DNA of 64,000 nucleotides from Rhodothermia bacterium (GCA_017303715.1 JAFLBZ010000011.1:36375-100374), one strand, 5' to 3'. Positions 18,230 to 27,945 are shown, counted from the first letter of the stretch. Notes: generated by a model not told the origin, from the letters alone. Numbers and translations are program-made.

Positions 18230-19159
18230 ATGAAACAACGTTTATGTTTGTTGATGGCACTGTCTTTTGTCATCACTCCAATGCTCTTTGCACAACAGGT
18301 TAATGCCCCCAAAAAAATGGTACGGGTGGTTTATTTGGTTCCCTCGGATCGCGAACCCAAAGCGTTGTACCGGAAATCTATCGAAAAAGCCATCCGAGAA
18401 GTCCGTGGTTGGTTTTTTGACACCACCGGCATGACGTTCACCTTGTCCAAGCCGGTGGTGGAAATCAAGCGAAGTACACAAAAAGCAAGCTGGTTCGACG
18501 ATACGCCGGATCAAATTTGGAATGGTCAATACCGAGACCTCTGGTTTACCGGCAATACCAGAACAGAGATGAAAAACATCTACGGTGAAGAATACGACGA
18601 CCCACGATATACTTGGGTGGTATATGTGGATGCAAAAGGCCAAACAGGAACGGGCGGCGGTGGAAGGGCAACCTTGCCAGAACACGATGTTTTGGGCGTG
18701 AGCGGACTGAGTGAAGACCAGCCTTACGTAGGACGATGGTATGGCGGGCTTGCACACGAGGTGGGTCATGCGTTTGGATTGGTACATGCCGTTAGCGATC
18801 AGTCGAATGCCTTGATGATGTATGGCTATACCATTTATCCAAAAGCAACCCTCACCCTTCAAGACCTGCTAATTTTGGACAACTCTCCGTTTATGAATGT
18901 CCGGAATGCAAGAAAAAAAGCCTTCGATGCCAAGTATAAATACGAGGGCGGTTGGTTTTTGAAACAAGGTAATACTTGGACAGAAACCGATAAAGACGGC
19001 TTACCTCGCTTTACCTTTGCCGAAATCTCGAAAGACAACCAGTATTACCTTATTGAGGACAAATCCAGAAATATGCAACTTCGGATACCTACCAAGGATG
19101 GAACATGCTATTGGCGGACAAACGGCTCGTGGAATGCTTTATACACGCTTAAGGGGTGA
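18230..19159 (+). CDS. Secreted metzincin-like zinc metalloprotease with an uncharacterised C-terminal domain
   Basis: Signal peptide MKQRLCLLMALSFVITPMLFAQQ. Extended zinc motif HEVGHAFGLVH (HExxHxxGxxH) followed by a possible Met-turn ALMMYGY. Confidence 0.7.
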   Translation: MKQRLCLLMALSFVITPMLFAQQVNAPKKMVRVVYLVPSDREPKALYRKSIEKAIREVRGWFFDTTGMTFTLSKPVVEIKRSTQKASWFDDTPDQIWNGQYRDLWFTGNTRTEMKNIYGEEYDDPRYTWVVYVDAKGQTGTGGGGRATLPEHDVLGVSGLSEDQPYVGRWYGGLAHEVGHAFGLVHAVSDQSNALMMYGYTIYPKATLTLQDLLILDNSPFMNVRNARKKAFDAKYKYEGGWFLKQGNTWTETDKDGLPRFTFAEISKDNQYYLIEDKSRNMQLRIPTKDGTCYWRTNGSWNALYTLKG

Positions 19160-19186
19160 GTGCGCCTAAAGGGTAAACACAACATA

Positions 19187-19217
19187 AACGCCTTGCAGAG
19201 GCATTATGCAAGGCGTT
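19187..19217. terminator. Bidirectional intrinsic terminator between convergent genes
   Basis: 11-bp perfect stem AACGCCTTGCA / TGCAAGGCGTT, 9-nt loop, T-rich on both sides. Confidence 0.75.
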
Positions 19218-19239
19218 CATTTTATTTGCAAAGTAGATG

Positions 19240-20526
19240 TTATGCAGTCCGAATCCATTTGAGCAAATCGCTCATTTTGGGTTTTTTGCCATAGCTCAAA
19301 ACGCCTATCCGATAAATACGGGCGCTTACCCAAATGGCTCCCACAAATGTGGCCGCCAGCAAGATGAAGGCTAACGCCGGCTCCCAAAAAGGGACATCAG
19401 TAGCAGCAATGCGGGCAGGCATGAGGATTGGCGAAAAAAATGGAATTATGGACAGCACCATCGCCATTGTACTGTCTGGATTCATAATCACCGTATTGAT
19501 AAACAACATCGGGACGATAATGAGGAACGTAATGGGCATCATCAGTTGTTGTGCATCTTGTGGCGACTCCACCGCCGAGCCTATGGCCGCAAAATAACTG
19601 GCATAGAGCAGGTAGCCACCAATAAAAAACAAAACAAACCACACAAACAACATCGGCGAAAGTTCAGGAATCGCAAAGCCAGCACTTTCTAAAACCTGTT
19701 GCTGAGAGGCTGTATCCGGTAGATTCATCTTTTTGGGATCAAAAAACAGCAACAACAGTGGCCCCATTGCCGTTGTCATGGCCATCGAAAGGCCGCTCCA
19801 AGCCAACATTTGCACCATGCCCAAAGCCCCCATTCCCAACACCTTGCCCATCAACAAATCGAAAGGGCGAACCGAAGAGATCAGTACCTCCATCACCCGA
19901 TTTAGCTTCTCTTCGATCACGCTTTGCATCACCAAAGAACCGTAGATCAACATCATCATATAAATCAAAAAGGCCATAGCAAATGCAATTCCTGTCAGGG
20001 CGCCGGTGGTATCTGCCTTTTCTCCCGTAGCCGTTATTTCCTTCATTTCGAGCCGGGTCTCGGCCTCAAAAATGGCTTTCACATTTTCCGGAAGATTGGC
20101 TTGTTTGAGACGTGCCCCCCGAATGGCCTCCTCAATGGCATTTTGCAGTAAAATTTGCTTGCCAATTCCACCGCCACCGCTCGAAAAGAACGTAAGTTTG
20201 GCGTCTCCTTGCAGTGCGTCTGCCGGAATGAAGAGGTAGCCATCTAACGTTCCATCCAATACCTGCTTCCGCAAAACATTTTCATCCACAACACCATGCT
20301 TTAGCGTATATGAATCCGGCAATTTCAGCAAAGGCGCCACAACACCCGTTTTGTCATTAAGGGCAATTTTCTGGGTACTTTCTTCCTCCATACCCAAAGA
20401 AACGCTATAAATGGTTAGCCCAAGAAAGATCACCATACCGAAAGGCGCTAATAGGGTTGAGAGGATAAACCCTTTTGACTTGATCCGCTGCATAAACTCG
20501 CGGAGAAAAACCAATTTTATCTTCAT
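19240..20526 (-). CDS. natB: ABC-2 type transporter permease (NatB-like)
   Basis: 428 aa. An N-terminal TM, a large extracytoplasmic loop, then about five C-terminal TMs. ATGA overlap with the upstream ATPase gene. Confidence 0.8.
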   Translation of the reverse strand: MKIKLVFLREFMQRIKSKGFILSTLLAPFGMVIFLGLTIYSVSLGMEEESTQKIALNDKTGVVAPLLKLPDSYTLKHGVVDENVLRKQVLDGTLDGYLFIPADALQGDAKLTFFSSGGGGIGKQILLQNAIEEAIRGARLKQANLPENVKAIFEAETRLEMKEITATGEKADTTGALTGIAFAMAFLIYMMMLIYGSLVMQSVIEEKLNRVMEVLISSVRPFDLLMGKVLGMGALGMVQMLAWSGLSMAMTTAMGPLLLLFFDPKKMNLPDTASQQQVLESAGFAIPELSPMLFVWFVLFFIGGYLLYASYFAAIGSAVESPQDAQQLMMPITFLIIVPMLFINTVIMNPDSTMAMVLSIIPFFSPILMPARIAATDVPFWEPALAFILLAATFVGAIWVSARIYRIGVLSYGKKPKMSDLLKWIRTA

Positions 20527-21461
20527 GATGTCGTTGTGGATAAGGTGGACGAATGGTCTTTGGCTACGGTACGTATAAAAATCTCGTTCAACGAAGGCTC
20601 CATTAATTCAAAACGAACCACACTCGCGCCGCTCCCGATGGCCGTCTGTAAGATTTCTTGTGCCCGATGTTCTTGTGAGACAACCCACTCAGCACGGTTT
20701 CGGGTATGTGCTTTCAGGGATACGCCTTGAATGTTTTTTGCTTGAGCGATCCACTCGTCAGCACCCTCAAACTCCACCTCCACCATATTACGCCCAAAGG
20801 AGCGCTTGACGTCGCGGAGCGGGCCAGTGAGAACGGCTTTTCCATGGGCAATCAAGCAAATATCATCACACATTTGCTCTACCTGCTCCATACGATGCGA
20901 GGCAAATAAAATGGTTTTTCCGGCAGCTTTAAGTTCCAGAATAACCTCACGAAGCAACTCCGCATTCACCGGATCCAACCCCGAAAAAGGCTCATCCAAG
21001 ATAATCAGGTCGGGGTTATGGGCAATTGTGGAGATAAATTGCACTTTTTGCTGCATACCCTTAGAGAGTTCTTCCGTTTTTTTCTCTGCCCAGTCCGAGG
21101 CTTCAAAGCGGTTCAGCCAATAAACGACTTGTTTCTTGGCCTCACTCCGAGAGAGACCCTTCAGTTCTGCCATAAAGATCAATTGTTCACCAATCTTCAT
21201 TTTTTTATACAAGCCGCGCTCTTCGGGCATGTAACCCATTCGCTCTTGGCTCCATGTGCCCACGTTTTTGCTCTGGAACAGAATCCGGCCATGATCAGGT
21301 ATGGTAATGTATGTGATCATTCGGATGGTGGTAGTCTTGCCTGCGCCGTTTGGTCCTAACAAGCCAAACAGTCGTCCGGAAGCTACGGAAAAGGAAATCT
21401 TATCCACAGCCAATGTACGGTCGTACCTTTTGGTAACGCCTTCAATTTGTAATACAGACAT
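20523..21461 (-). CDS. natA: ABC transporter ATP-binding protein (NatA-like)
   Basis: 312 aa. Walker A GPNGAGKTT, signature LSKGMQQK, Walker B LIILDEP. Confidence 0.9.
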   Translation of the reverse strand: MSVLQIEGVTKRYDRTLAVDKISFSVASGRLFGLLGPNGAGKTTTIRMITYITIPDHGRILFQSKNVGTWSQERMGYMPEERGLYKKMKIGEQLIFMAELKGLSRSEAKKQVVYWLNRFEASDWAEKKTEELSKGMQQKVQFISTIAHNPDLIILDEPFSGLDPVNAELLREVILELKAAGKTILFASHRMEQVEQMCDDICLIAHGKAVLTGPLRDVKRSFGRNMVEVEFEGADEWIAQAKNIQGVSLKAHTRNRAEWVVSQEHRAQEILQTAIGSGASVVRFELMEPSLNEIFIRTVAKDHSSTLSTTTS

Positions 21462-21626
21462 AGTTTATAATGGATTAATAAAAAGGGTATTGCATCGTTC
21501 GTAGTGATCACCCGAAAGTTACGACGATTTGGCTGTGAAAATTATTCTTTGTATCAGGTTATGTTTTATAGGGCTTCGGGGTCTCTTTGGAAACATGGAT
21601 TAACAACCCCCAAATCCTTAAAAAAC

Positions 21627-23297
21627 ATGAAACCGGCACTCTTTTTCTGGTTGCTATTGGCGTATTCGGTCCAAGCCCAAAATTGGATTCCAACCTCTAC
21701 CGGACTTTACACCGGCCAAGTATCCGACATGGTAACATGGCCGAATGGTCGTGTTTTTGTATCCACCACAACCGCAGGCGTTTTTTCTTCTGAAGATGGT
21801 GGAAGCACTTGGAGGTCGGTCAATCGGCATTTGGGCAATCGCTTAGTACAACAATTAGACACCGATTCAAATGGTGTGCTTTGGGCTAAAACAGGAGAAC
21901 AAGACGATCCAACTTGGTACACCTTTGAGGTGATTTCCGATACATGGCGCGAAGTAAAAGAATGGTCATCGCCCCAGTTTAAATCCAAAAATCCGGCTAT
22001 AACCACCAATGGTTCATTGTTACGAATGAATGGTGGGCGCATCCAACACTCCATAGATCAAGGGCAAACGTGGCAGATGATTAATCGTCCCGAAGGCTTT
22101 GTTGTGGTTAGCGCCATCGCAGAAGCGCATGGCATATGGTTGGCCGGGACAAACAATGGCCTTTGGCGCTCTTTGGATCAGGGGCAAACGTGGCAAAAAG
22201 CAGCCCTAACAGCCTTGGAAAGCCATACTTTTTTGCGGGATACTGATGGAACCTTGCTCTTGATAAGCAAAACAGATGGCATTTGGCGAACCAAAAACGA
22301 AGGAAGTTCTTGGGAGGTCGTAAGCCTGACCATATCGCCCAATGTGGTTGTGCATAATGACCAATGGATTGTCGCAGCGCCCGGCGTTTTCCGTACCTCC
22401 ACCGACCGCGGACGTACTTGGCAGAACAAGGCCAATTTCAATGCAACCGTAACGGCCTTTTCGCTCGAAAGAGAACGCTGGTTAGTGGGCACTTTAGGAC
22501 AAGGGTTGTGGATATCAGAAGATGGTGGAAGGAGCGGAAGAAATTTCTCGTCTGGGCAAACCGTTACTGCCATTGCCCAATCGGGAGCCGTGTTGCTGAC
22601 GGCATGGGAGGCAGGGGGCTTAGCACGCTCTACCGACGGCGGGAAAACATGGCAAAACCCAACGACGCCCTTCCGATTTGTCTATGAATTGGCATGGATT
22701 ACTAAAAATCGGGTCTTGGCTTACACCAGCAGGGGCACGTACCTTTCGGAAGACTCAGGTGCATCTTGGAAAAGTGCGAAACAAGGGGTCGAGCCATTAG
22801 ACGCAAGGCATTTTTATGCAGCACCAAATGGCCAACTCTTTGCTGCAAACCCATCATTTATATGGACTTCCAGCGATGACGGTGCGACATGGACAACAGT
22901 AACACCCAATACCATTGGTGCGACAACGTTTGTACTCAACAAAGAGGGCTTTCTTTTAGCCGGAACCGAAACCGATGGTGTTTATCGCTTAGACCGTGCC
23001 CTTGCAGTGACAAACGAGGCCGAGACACTACCCATCTCACGTCGCTTACACAATAACTTCCCCAATCCATTCCACACGGCAACCACCATCCAATTCCAAT
23101 TGCCCAAAAACGAGTACGTACGCCTACAAGTTTTTGACCTACAAGGCCGCTTAATCACCACATTGCACGACAATTTTATGAACGCAGGCCAACACACGGC
23201 TAAACTTTCTGCCCAAAACTTGGCGAGTGGAACCTATTTTTTGGTTCTTCAGACGGATGAAGGCCGCGAGACCCGTAACGTGACCGTTGCACGCTAA
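21627..23297 (+). CDS. BNR/Asp-box repeat beta-propeller protein with T9SS C-terminal sorting domain
   Basis: The internal ATG gives signal peptide MKPALFFWLLLAYSVQAQ. About nine S-x-D-x-G-x-(T/S)-W boxes. The C-terminal NFPNPFHTATTIQFQL...GTYFLVLQ is Por_Secre_tail-like. Confidence 0.85.
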   Translation: MKPALFFWLLLAYSVQAQNWIPTSTGLYTGQVSDMVTWPNGRVFVSTTTAGVFSSEDGGSTWRSVNRHLGNRLVQQLDTDSNGVLWAKTGEQDDPTWYTFEVISDTWREVKEWSSPQFKSKNPAITTNGSLLRMNGGRIQHSIDQGQTWQMINRPEGFVVVSAIAEAHGIWLAGTNNGLWRSLDQGQTWQKAALTALESHTFLRDTDGTLLLISKTDGIWRTKNEGSSWEVVSLTISPNVVVHNDQWIVAAPGVFRTSTDRGRTWQNKANFNATVTAFSLERERWLVGTLGQGLWISEDGGRSGRNFSSGQTVTAIAQSGAVLLTAWEAGGLARSTDGGKTWQNPTTPFRFVYELAWITKNRVLAYTSRGTYLSEDSGASWKSAKQGVEPLDARHFYAAPNGQLFAANPSFIWTSSDDGATWTTVTPNTIGATTFVLNKEGFLLAGTETDGVYRLDRALAVTNEAETLPISRRLHNNFPNPFHTATTIQFQLPKNEYVRLQVFDLQGRLITTLHDNFMNAGQHTAKLSAQNLASGTYFLVLQTDEGRETRNVTVAR

Positions 23298-23332
23298 TCT
23301 TGCTGCACGCAAATCTCATTAAAGCAAAGAAA

Positions 23333-23938
23333 TTAGCCGTTAAACGTCCGAATCATCTCCGAAACGCCGGAACGGATCATGGCAATAGCGATGGCCGCCA
23401 AGAACAAACTCACCACTTTGGCAATGGCTTTTGTGGTTCCCGTTCCTAAATAATGCAACAAACGCGGACCAAAATAAAACACGACGAGTACGATCAATAA
23501 GTTCGCGACCATCGCAAACAAGGTGGGGCCATAACCAAACGACTGTTGCGAGATCATAATGGTGGTTATTGCACTCGGCCCCATCACCAAAGGAATGCCC
23601 AACGGAACCACACCAACGGTATAATCGGCCTCGTCTTTTGGATTCCGGCGCTGAAAATCACTAAACAGCAGATCGTTTATGCTAAGTACCAGCAAGATGA
23701 TACCACCACCTACTTGTAGGTCATGCAACTGGATTCCGAGTACACGAAAAATCATATTCCCAGAAAACAGGATGAGAAAAGCAAGGATGAATGCCGCAAG
23801 GATGGCTTCTAAGGCCAATTTATTGCGGTTATGGGCATCCATGCCACGGGTAATCCCCACAAAAAGTGGCAAAATCCCGATCACATCTATGGCCACAAAA
23901 AGGGGTAAAAAGGCTTTGATAAACGGCTGAAAATCCAT
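23333..23938 (-). CDS. MarC-family (UPF0056) integral membrane protein
   Basis: About 201 aa from the ATG at 23938 (the TTG at 23944 is also possible). Multi-TM, with FVAIDVIGILPLF typical of MarC. Confidence 0.8.
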   Translation of the reverse strand: MDFQPFIKAFLPLFVAIDVIGILPLFVGITRGMDAHNRNKLALEAILAAFILAFLILFSGNMIFRVLGIQLHDLQVGGGIILLVLSINDLLFSDFQRRNPKDEADYTVGVVPLGIPLVMGPSAITTIMISQQSFGYGPTLFAMVANLLIVLVVFYFGPRLLHYLGTGTTKAIAKVVSLFLAAIAIAMIRSGVSEMIRTFNG

Positions 23939-24421
23939 AAGCAAACACGGTTAAGGTTTCTTGTAAGGTACTGCAAAACTTATACCCATTATCACTCAGG
24001 TTACGATTTATTACGCCATCCCAGTCCCACGCTACCTCCTACCCAAATTTCGACGAAGACATGAGCAACGTTTTGTAATTAATTCACTACATTGCTATTG
24101 AAGTAAAACAACCTTTTTTACCTTATGGTAATCTCCCATTTTTGGGGCAAGTACAATGGATGCCTCATAGAGAACCACAAAAGGCTTTTTAGGGTCACAT
24201 AAATGCGAGATTCGTGAGTGGCTAAACGGGCGTGCGGATTTTTTCTAAGGTCTGCCCAACCAAACGAGGAGTATGAGGCAGGAACTTTCGAGATTACGTA
24301 AGCGGGAGAAAATAGACCGAATTTAAAAAATAAGATTCCTATAATAACACTTACTTAGCACCCATTATTTACATTAAAATACATTCTTTTTTGGATTGAT
24401 ATTACACCAAAAGCGATTGGC

Positions 24422-25642
24422 TCATCCAAGGGTCATTGCATTTCCGGCGATATAGCCGGAAGTCCAAGCGTGTTGGAAGTTAAATCCACCGGTGAGGGCA
24501 TCCACATCCAGCACCTCTCCGGCAAAGTACAAGCCTCCAAACTTCTTACTCTGCATGGTTCTGAAGTCCACCTCATCCAAGCGGACGCCACCACACGTCA
24601 CAAATTCATCTTTATTCGTAGATTTTCCGGCGATTTCAAAAGTTGCATGAAGACATTGTTGCACCAGAGCCAGCATATTTTTTTTAGTGACATCCGCCCA
24701 ACGAACCATGTCGCATCCGGCAGCCTCTACCAAAGCCTGCCAAAGCCGTGCAGGTAATCCCCATTGTGGTATGGAGGCAATTTGCTTTCGCGGATGTACT
24801 GTTTTCTGTTGTTCTAAGAGGGCAAGTGCTTCTTCGTCCGTTGTATATCCGGTAAAGTTTACTTCTACCACAAACCGATACGCTCTCTGGTGCAAATCTC
24901 GTGCGCCCCATGCTGAAAGTCGTAAAATACTTGGCCCAGATAGCCCCCAGTGGGTTACCAAAAGTGGGCCTTCGGCGTGTAATTTTGTTCCTACAACCCG
25001 AACCACAGCCATCGGAACCGAAACGCCAGCCAGACTTCTAAGCCGGACATCACGGGTGTTAAACGTAAAAAGAGAGGGGACTGGAGGCACAATGGTATGT
25101 CCCAATTGACCTATTTGTTGCCAAATGGCTGTATTACTGCCCGTAGCTACCAGAATTTTAGAGGTCAAAAAAGTCTTTCCGTCGGTGGTAGTTACCTCCC
25201 AAAGTCCATCTGGCCTATATGAAAGCGTGCGAAGTCCGGATTTGGTTTTGATCGTAACGCCTGCTTTCTGGGCTGTTTTTACAAGGCATCGGATAATGGT
25301 TTCGGAGGAGTCGGTGGTTGGGAACATGCGGCCATCTGCTTCTGTCTTTAGCTGAACACCATGCTCTGCAAACCACGCTACGGTATGTTGTGGATTAAAA
25401 CGATTAAATGGCCCGATGAGGGCTTTGCCACCACGCGGATAAAAAGAGAGGAGTGTTTGAGGGTCAAAACAATGGTGGGTTACATTACAACGTCCTCCGC
25501 CGGAGATTTTCACCTTCGACAACACCTCTGGCGCCCGTTCTAAAATGCAAATTTTTGCGTTTGGCTTGGTCTTAGCGGCTTGGATGGCGGCAAAAAAACC
25601 CGCTGCTCCGCCCCCAATAATCAAGATGTCGGTTTGGTGCAT
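24422..25642 (-). CDS. BaiN/RdsA (HI0933-like) family NAD(P)/FAD-dependent oxidoreductase
   Basis: 406 aa. ILIIGGGAAGFFAA dinucleotide motif, GGGRCNVTH, and LYFAGEVLDVDALTGGFNFQ C-terminal motif. Confidence 0.85.
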   Translation of the reverse strand: MHQTDILIIGGGAAGFFAAIQAAKTKPNAKICILERAPEVLSKVKISGGGRCNVTHHCFDPQTLLSFYPRGGKALIGPFNRFNPQHTVAWFAEHGVQLKTEADGRMFPTTDSSETIIRCLVKTAQKAGVTIKTKSGLRTLSYRPDGLWEVTTTDGKTFLTSKILVATGSNTAIWQQIGQLGHTIVPPVPSLFTFNTRDVRLRSLAGVSVPMAVVRVVGTKLHAEGPLLVTHWGLSGPSILRLSAWGARDLHQRAYRFVVEVNFTGYTTDEEALALLEQQKTVHPRKQIASIPQWGLPARLWQALVEAAGCDMVRWADVTKKNMLALVQQCLHATFEIAGKSTNKDEFVTCGGVRLDEVDFRTMQSKKFGGLYFAGEVLDVDALTGGFNFQHAWTSGYIAGNAMTLG

Positions 25643-25645
25643 GGT

Positions 25646-26488
25646 CTATATACGGGTTCTGCTACGTTTTTTTCCTGCCTCGGATTCAGTTTCCGGTGCT
25701 TCTACGTCCAGCCATGAAAGGTGTGCTGCGGTTTGTTCCGTGGCGGTAGTGCGTTCGGGAGGCTTGATTGGAGTTGTAGTTTCAGTTTCAATCATTTGGC
25801 TAAATTCTTTCATCAGTGTTTCGCCTTTTGTCGGCTTCCGGTGGCTTTGTTGCACAGCAAATCGTTGCGCAAAGTACCCTACGAGGAGGGTCACAAAACC
25901 GAATAACCAGCCTAAAAATCCGGCATCCGAGGCCACATCTCCCACAATTCCCATCAAGATGAGGAAAAAAATGGTACTGAACACAAGCCCTAATTGTAGC
26001 CCATAGCGTTCTTCGCGCAATCGCAAGCGAGTTCTGCCATTTTTTGTAGTGATACTTAGGGCCACAATCTCGTCGTCTTTGGTGGCATAAATCCAATCGC
26101 GGGTATTTCCCACACGCTCCACCCGTCCTTGATTTTTATAAGCGAATCGCAATTTATGCACCATTTCTTCCCACAATTCCTCGCTGACGATGCCTTCTAT
26201 CACCTTTTCTTGTGTAACCCTAAGAGGTGCGCCCCAAACATGAAAGGTTTTGGTTGGTTCTTTTGTGTTTTGTATCTGGAGTGCATCCTCTAAAAATTGC
26301 GGGCGAATGCCCATCTCTGCGGCCAATTTCCGCAATTCTTGTTCTGTAAGCCCATACCCACCTTCCGCATCCTCCTTTTGCTGGAGTTCAAATGCTTTCT
26401 GGATGAGGGCGCCCGTTTCTTTTTCGCTATAGAGTCGTTCTTTCATCTTTTTGAGGGTTTCCGAAAGATAACGAAACGGCAAATACAA
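25646..26488 (-). CDS. Hypothetical membrane protein (soluble N-terminal domain, two TM helices, acidic/Thr-rich tail)
   Basis: 280 aa. The stop lies 3 nt before the start of the BaiN-like gene, so they are co-transcribed. No family recognised. An alternative start is MKERLY. Confidence 0.55.
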   Translation of the reverse strand: MYLPFRYLSETLKKMKERLYSEKETGALIQKAFELQQKEDAEGGYGLTEQELRKLAAEMGIRPQFLEDALQIQNTKEPTKTFHVWGAPLRVTQEKVIEGIVSEELWEEMVHKLRFAYKNQGRVERVGNTRDWIYATKDDEIVALSITTKNGRTRLRLREERYGLQLGLVFSTIFFLILMGIVGDVASDAGFLGWLFGFVTLLVGYFAQRFAVQQSHRKPTKGETLMKEFSQMIETETTTPIKPPERTTATEQTAAHLSWLDVEAPETESEAGKKRSRTRI

Positions 26489-26553
26489 ATCACCACAAGG
26501 TGCAAAATCCTAACCCCAACTTCCCCGCACACCTCATCCGGCAAATACACACC

Positions 26554-27327
26554 TCAACCGGCAAACCCATACCGATAGCGAATGGAGAGGTTTTGCGGCG
26601 ACAAAAAGAGGGTTTTTGAAAATAACGTAAACTGTGCATGGACGGGCAGCCAAACGTCAGCAACAGGTTGTAGGTAGAGCGTCCCGTAAGACTGTTCGGC
26701 AAAAAGCAGGTTATTAACGGTGCGTTTAGTCTCTACGCCCACCAATTTTTGGTCTTTTGCCGTAACAAAATACCGGATTTGGGTGATTTCTGGCGTTGTG
26801 CGACTTCTGGGGTTGGCTGCCATCTCGAAAACCTGTACAGTTCCGAATGGCAAAACGCGGTCGTCTAAGCGCCTCAGAAGGTACTTTTCCAAATACGGGG
26901 TAGATCGTAAGGTGTTTTCATCTGGTAAAAAAAGCTCGGCGAAAGAGGTATCGGGGGCAAGCGGTGGTTGCTCTGCCATGTCCTTAAAAATTCCTTTTTG
27001 GTTAGACGTTAAGACTTTCACGGGTTGCTTTGGTGTCTGCAAGTGGGTACGCACGTCTCGCCCAATTTCGTTTCCGGCCTCGTCCAAAGCCCGTACTTCA
27101 ACCTCGGCTTGGTGAGGACGATTTGTGGCTTTCAGAAAGGCTTTTCGGAAGTCTTCGGTTTTCATGTTTTTAATGTGGGCCAAGACGGTTCTGCGGACTT
27201 CTGCCTCTTCGGAAAAGGGCATGTTCTGCGGATCAGCAGGCTCGGCACAGCCCATCAGCATAAAAGCCAAGAAACCATTTAAAAAAAGAAATCTTATGCT
27301 GTACATAAGTTTTAGGCTCTTATTCAC
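26554..27327 (-). CDS. Hypothetical lipoprotein
   Basis: 257 aa. Lipobox FLAFMLMGCAEP. No family recognised. Confidence 0.55.
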   Translation of the reverse strand: MNKSLKLMYSIRFLFLNGFLAFMLMGCAEPADPQNMPFSEEAEVRRTVLAHIKNMKTEDFRKAFLKATNRPHQAEVEVRALDEAGNEIGRDVRTHLQTPKQPVKVLTSNQKGIFKDMAEQPPLAPDTSFAELFLPDENTLRSTPYLEKYLLRRLDDRVLPFGTVQVFEMAANPRSRTTPEITQIRYFVTAKDQKLVGVETKRTVNNLLFAEQSYGTLYLQPVADVWLPVHAQFTLFSKTLFLSPQNLSIRYRYGFAG

Positions 27328-27880
27328 TACCGTATCGTTTTATTTTTCTGTTCCTATTCAATATAATATGTCTTTCTACCGTCCTCCATAAGCCGTATCA
27401 TACTTTCATGTTGAAACGCGCACTAAAAAACAATCACCCTTCCTCCATTGATCCCACCTTGATAAAGGCTGAGTCGTTCGATAAGCGGAAAGTTTCCCTG
27501 AAAATAAGCAACTTTATGCGGAAAACGAACACTTCGTAAACGCATTAACGATCTTGAGGCCAAACGAAACCGCAACTGCAAAAAAATATTTTACCCCTCG
27601 AATACCGAAAACAAGAACACGCCGGATGACTAATGGTTTACTTTATCAAGGGATTCTCCAAGTTGAAAGTAAATGCAAATCGGTAAAACGTTCTGTAAAA
27701 GACCAATTTAAGTAACTATGTAACTTCTCCTGTGTCATTCCCGTAGGCGATTCCGTTGCCAAACAACCTGCGCTCTTTCAACCCATGCACATGCGTCAAT
27801 GCCTGTTCCCTATGCAGTTCTTCGACGTTTGTCTTCCACCCTAATTGGTTAGCGCTTTCCTTTACTTGCAACATCACCCA

Positions 27881-27922
27881 TTCCCGAAAACCATCGGGAA
27901 CACGTTTTTTGCGTGCTTTTTT
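27881..27922 (+). terminator. Terminator-like hairpin plus T-runs in the leader of the outer-membrane receptor gene (possible attenuator)
   Basis: TTCCCGA (27881-27887) / TCGGGAA (27894-27900), then CACG-T6-GCGTGC-T6, ending 24 nt before the ATG at 27946. There is no plus-strand gene upstream. Confidence 0.3.
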
Positions 27923-27945
27923 GCTGAAACCAAACAAAATAAGAA

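Noticed and set aside
18242-18862. Long antisense ORFs inside confident genes: 18242..18862(-) 206 aa; 56325..57101(+) 258 aa; 48870..49601(+) 243 aa; 963..1373(+) 136 aa; 31897..35479 assorted.
   Set aside because: Each lies fully within, and antisense or out of frame to, a gene with strong family motifs. Their translations are low-complexity (Arg/Ser/Cys/Gly-rich) with no recognisable domains, which is the typical shadow-ORF artefact.
27467-27540. GGCTGAG ... CCTGAAAATAAG ... GCGGAAA, superficially like a TPP riboswitch core, upstream of the receptor gene.
   Set aside because: It lacks the conserved CUGAGA/ACCUGAUCUGGAUAAUGCCAGCG strings and complementary P1-P5 helices, and it lies about 400 nt from the start codon.
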